Below, piece after piece: positions 17,188-20,000 of a DNA stretch of 20,000 nt. A program made the translations under genes and the position numbers. A model generated the notes under the pieces. It was not told the origin of the DNA, did no database searches, and saw only the letters and a program-made list of their open reading frames with translations. The first letter of the stretch is position 1, and every line of letters starts with the position of its first letter. The stretch lies in IMG/VR virus record IMGVR_UViG_2898099943_000001, positions 107,336-127,335 of that record; one strand, 5' to 3'. The DNA is from an uncultured virus (IMG/VR IMGVR_UViG_2898099943_000001). Taxonomy: Duplodnaviria; Heunggongvirae; Uroviricota; Caudoviricetes.

Positions 17188-17294
17188 TCAGCGAGTAGAC
17201 GGTTTACTTTTCAATGTATTTTTTATGCTCTTGATTATATATTTCCATTTTTAAGCTACTCGTTGATATATCCATCTTAATCGGAGGTGTAAGT

Positions 17295-17510
17295 TTGGAT
17301 AAATTAAGTAATATGATTGATAGATTTCTCTTAACGAGAACATGGTATTTAATTCAATGGTTGTTTATTATGACTGTTGCGTTTGACCTAATCTTTTATA
17401 GTTATGGTTTTTGGACTAAGTTATTCTATTTAGCTGGTTTGGCAGCTGGGTTTAGTAATATAAAAGAATGGCATAAAAAGCATATCTATCAATCAAAACG
17501 TAAACATTAA
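17295..17510 (+). CDS. Small two-TM membrane protein (71 aa)
   Basis: TTG start after GGAGGTG; two hydrophobic segments and a basic tail. Confidence 0.7.
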   Translation: MDKLSNMIDRFLLTRTWYLIQWLFIMTVAFDLIFYSYGFWTKLFYLAGLAAGFSNIKEWHKKHIYQSKRKH

Positions 17511-17521
17511 AATACATAGGC

Positions 17522-17655
17522 AGCTTTGATGGTTGCTAAAGGGAACGGGTTGGTTTTTCACATCCTTTCAATGAATATAGATAATTAACCCCTATTTACT
17601 AATACGATACTGACAAAGTTTTTCGTCCCGTTCTCTCTAGGAGCTATCAAAAGCT
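17522..17655 (+). ncRNA. Long imperfect stem enclosing an anti-SD loop
   Basis: AGCTTTGATGGTT..GGGAACGGG / CCCGTTCTC..AGCTATCAAAAGCT; loop contains TTTTTCACATCCTTTC. Confidence 0.5.
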
Positions 17656-17678
17656 CTCCCAAAACAAGTCTACTATAT

Positions 17679-17708
17679 GTTAAGAGTTTAGAGAATAAAC
17701 GAGTAGAC
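17679..17708 (+). repeat. Dispersed 30-nt motif, copy 3
   Basis: GTTAAGAGTTTAGAGAATAAACGAGTAGAC, enclosed by a GTCTACT/AGTAGAC stem. Confidence 0.7.
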
Positions 17709-17873
17709 ATTTGGTATGTAAAATGTTGGACTGTCGGGAACACTATACCACACAAGCTAATATGCGGCTTTTACATACCACGCTCACAGACTTTAAAGGG
17801 AATGTGGGAGCGGATAGGCGAACGCGAATAGTGTAGTTAGTAAACCTATGCGTAATTATTTATCCTAGTTGGT

Positions 17874-17948
17874 AGTCATGTGGTGTATTCGGGTAACACG
17901 CTCGTCCTTGAAACGAGAGCAGCAAGGTTCAATTCTTTGCCATGACAT
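17874..17948 (+). tRNA. tRNA-Gln(TTG)-like, atypical
   Basis: GTCATG/CATGAC acceptor, D stem GTGT/ACAC, anticodon stem CTCGT/ACGAG with loop CCTTGAA (C33), T loop GTTCAATTC; no encoded CCA. Confidence 0.7.
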
Positions 17949-18048
17949 AGAGGTGGAAACACCTCGAAACAAACATTTATTAATTCGTTCATTTTTTATT
18001 GGTTGATTATTTTGCGTATTAATCAACACTCCTTTTTAAATTATTTTG

Positions 18049-18100
18049 TTGCCGCAGATGTAAAAGGTACATTTTATGAGTTCGACTCCTAATGTGGTAA
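18049..18100 (+). ncRNA. Degenerate tRNA-like RNA lacking an anticodon arm
   Basis: TTGCCGCA/TGTGGTAA closing stem, ATGTA-AAAGG-TACAT D-like arm, GAGTTCGACTC T-like arm. Confidence 0.45.
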
Positions 18101-18244
18101 TAGGGGGTAGGGCATGACTACCCCGAGATTATAACTTTGCGTTAAGTAATAATGCGACATTAATAAGTTAATTCATGAACAGGTTCATTACGACTTACGG
18201 ATTGGTTCATGGTTTAGATTTCCTCCTTTTAGAATTAGAAGGTT

Positions 18245-18305
18245 AGCAACGTAGCTCAACTGGTAGAGCGGAAGGATGATGTGGGTTCGAGTCCCACCGT
18301 TGCAA
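18245..18305 (+). ncRNA. tRNA-like RNA with canonical D and T arms but no anticodon arm
   Basis: GCAACG-TA-GCTCAACTGGTAGAGC-GGAAGGATGAT-GTGGGTTCGAGTCCCAC-CGTTGC. Confidence 0.75.
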
Positions 18306-18351
18306 TTAGCCAATATGGCTATAAATATACAATAGAAAAGAGGTGAGATAG

Positions 18352-19608
18352 ATGAAGACAATGAGTGAGTTGAAATACCATTATGGTTTAAAGATGTGCA
18401 TTCATCCTAGTACAAAGCAAAAACAAATCATTAAGATGAACAGTGATGTATCTAGGGCTGTATATAACGCTATGGTTGCGATTGATAAAGAGTTGTATCA
18501 ACTCAAACAGGTAAAACTACCTATTGATACAATCCAAACACGTATTGTTGAATTGGAACAACGCAAGAAAGCTCAAAACTATTTAGCAACGCACTATACT
18601 TACATGAAACACCCTTATATTGATAGTCATTGTCGTTCTATGGCAATGCGTTCTTATAAAGCTGCATGGAATATGTTTAGAAAAGTTCATAACGCTGGTA
18701 CACCTAATTTTCATAAGAAAACTTACGAGGAGAAGTATCAAACAAGTGGAGCTTATACGAGTAAGAAGAAACCAGTTAATATGTGGACTGGCTCAATTAG
18801 ATTTGTAGACAATAAACATATTAATATTCCTAAGCTGGGTATTATTCGTGTGAGTGGTTCGTATAGAAAACTACTAGATAATAAAGATGATATTAGAATT
18901 GGCACAACTACTATTTCTAAAAATGCTTTTGGTATCTACTACGTTTCTATGCAGTTGGGTTCAGATACACCTTTTGTTAAAGAATTGCCTAAAACAAATT
19001 CTCAAATCGGAATCGACTTGAATACAGATAACTTCTTAACAACAAGCGAAGGTAATGTTATAGCTAACCCGAGATTTTATAGAACAATCAAGGGTAGATT
19101 AGCTAAGGCTCAACGTAAGTTGTCACGTAGATACGTTAGAGCTAAAAAAGAAGGTCGTTCCTTGCGTGACAGTAAGAATTACCAAAAACAACGCATAGTG
19201 GTATCAAAACTTATGAATAAAGTGCGTAATCAACGTAATAAATTCTTGGACGAGATGTCGATAACACTTATCAAGAACCACGATTTGGTTGTGGCAGAAA
19301 ATCTAAGAAGTAGAAATATGCTCAAAAATCACGCTTTAGCTATGTCTATTAGTGATGTAGGTTGGCGAACATTCCTACAAAAACTAGAATACAAAGCTGA
19401 ATTATATGGTAAGACTTTTATTACTGTAAATCCTAAAAATACTACACAAACATGTAGCGAATGTGGACATGTTATGGGAACAAAAGATACGGATAAGCTA
19501 ACACTAAGAGATAGAAGTTGGGCTTGTCCTAGCTGTAACACTTACCATATACGTGATGTAAACGCAGCGAAGAATATCCTAAGTAAAGGATTAAAACAAT
19601 TAGCCTAG
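18352..19608 (+). CDS. tnpB: TnpB-family RNA-guided endonuclease (TnpB-2), CRISPR-array-associated; candidate nascent Cas12
   Basis: HTH (GLKMCIHPSTKQ), RuvC-I GIDLN, RuvC-II VAENL, Zn finger CSEC/CPSC, RuvC-III RDVNAAKNI; RBS GAGGTGA; no tnpA adjacent. Confidence 0.92.
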   Translation: MKTMSELKYHYGLKMCIHPSTKQKQIIKMNSDVSRAVYNAMVAIDKELYQLKQVKLPIDTIQTRIVELEQRKKAQNYLATHYTYMKHPYIDSHCRSMAMRSYKAAWNMFRKVHNAGTPNFHKKTYEEKYQTSGAYTSKKKPVNMWTGSIRFVDNKHINIPKLGIIRVSGSYRKLLDNKDDIRIGTTTISKNAFGIYYVSMQLGSDTPFVKELPKTNSQIGIDLNTDNFLTTSEGNVIANPRFYRTIKGRLAKAQRKLSRRYVRAKKEGRSLRDSKNYQKQRIVVSKLMNKVRNQRNKFLDEMSITLIKNHDLVVAENLRSRNMLKNHALAMSISDVGWRTFLQKLEYKAELYGKTFITVNPKNTTQTCSECGHVMGTKDTDKLTLRDRSWACPSCNTYHIRDVNAAKNILSKGLKQLA

Positions 19609-19750
19609 CAATAGGTAGTCCGTTTGTCTGTTGCGGACTTTAAAGCATTTGGTAATTATCATGTAAGACCTTTATTTCAGATTTTTCTGATACGAAGGCA
19701 ACGATGTATCTAATGAAATTTTGGCAACCCTAAAAAATTAGGAGTTCCCA
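19609..19750 (+). ncRNA. omegaRNA-derived scaffold (candidate tracr-like RNA) of TnpB-2
   Basis: Hairpin AGTCCG/CGGACT (19617-19639) with loop TTTGTCTGTTG; shares GGTAAT, TGTAAG and GAGTTCCCA landmarks, in the same order, with the TnpB-1 omegaRNA. Confidence 0.65.
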
Positions 19751-19790
19751 AAACCCTAGTACTGTGGGATTTATTGGTCTGATTTTTAGT
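19751..19790 (+). promoter_or_regulatory. Short CRISPR leader-like segment
   Basis: 40 nt between the scaffold and repeat 1, ending TTTTTAGT, similar to the ends of type I-E leaders. Confidence 0.5.
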
Positions 19791-20000
19791 GTGTTACCCA
19801 TATGTACGTGGGACAGACTTCATTGTCATATCGTATTATTTAACATTTAAAGTGTTACCCATATGTACGTGGGACAGACTATCAAGAAACTATAAAGAAT
19901 TGCAGGAGGTTAGTGTTACCCATATGTACGTGGGACAGACTCATAGCTCACAAGCAATCACCATGCGATATATGTGTTACCCATATGTACGTGGGATAGA
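19791..20000 (+). CRISPR. CRISPR array: repeat GTGTTACCCATATGTACGTGGGACAGACT (29 nt), 32-nt spacers; runs off the window end
   Basis: Identical repeats at 19791-19819, 19852-19880 and 19913-19941; fourth at 19974-20000 (truncated, C>T at 19997); three unique 32-nt spacers; exact 61-nt period; internal hairpin CCCAT/GTGGG. Confidence 0.95.

Noticed and set aside
18160..18210. 16-codon minus-strand ORF (MNQSVSRNEPVHELTY) with a strong RBS
   Set aside because: Too short to call and opposite to all local transcription; treated as an anti-SD element, although a real peptide is not excluded
18620..19541. ORFs 18620-18808 (+) and 19329-19541 (-)
   Set aside because: Nested inside tnpB-2
15911..19608. 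Nuclease-dead TldR-type repressors
   Set aside because: Both TnpBs retain all three RuvC acidic residues and the Zn finger
19609..19790. Long classical tracrRNA anti-repeat
   Set aside because: No extended complement of the repeat was found; only the 6-7 nt loop match and a 5-nt TCCCA/TGGGA match

Overview
AT-rich window, almost entirely + strand, that reads as part of a large Firmicutes phage or prophage genome (probably Lactobacillales; inference from gene content). 1-10.6 kb is a replication/recombination module: putative SSB, AAA/Sak4-like ATPase, metallophosphoesterase, Zn-finger protein, DnaB-like helicase and RecD2-like helicase. 10.6-15.4 kb is accessory: a structured intergenic RNA, a PnuC-family transporter, small membrane proteins, five tandem paralogues and NrdH. 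15.4-20 kb is an ncRNA-dense region with four aberrant tRNA-like elements, several long hairpins (some with anti-Shine-Dalgarno loops) and two solo tnpB genes with intact RuvC motifs. The main finding concerns the second tnpB (18352-19608). Its omegaRNA-like scaffold runs into a short leader and a CRISPR array with type I-E geometry (29-nt repeat, 32-nt spacers), with no cas genes in the window. The scaffold's 5' hairpin loop (GTCTGT) is complementary to the repeat 3' end (ACAGAC), which suggests a phage-encoded TnpB using CRISPR RNAs as guides (a nascent type V-like system). At least two genes appear to need ATA/ATT start codons.
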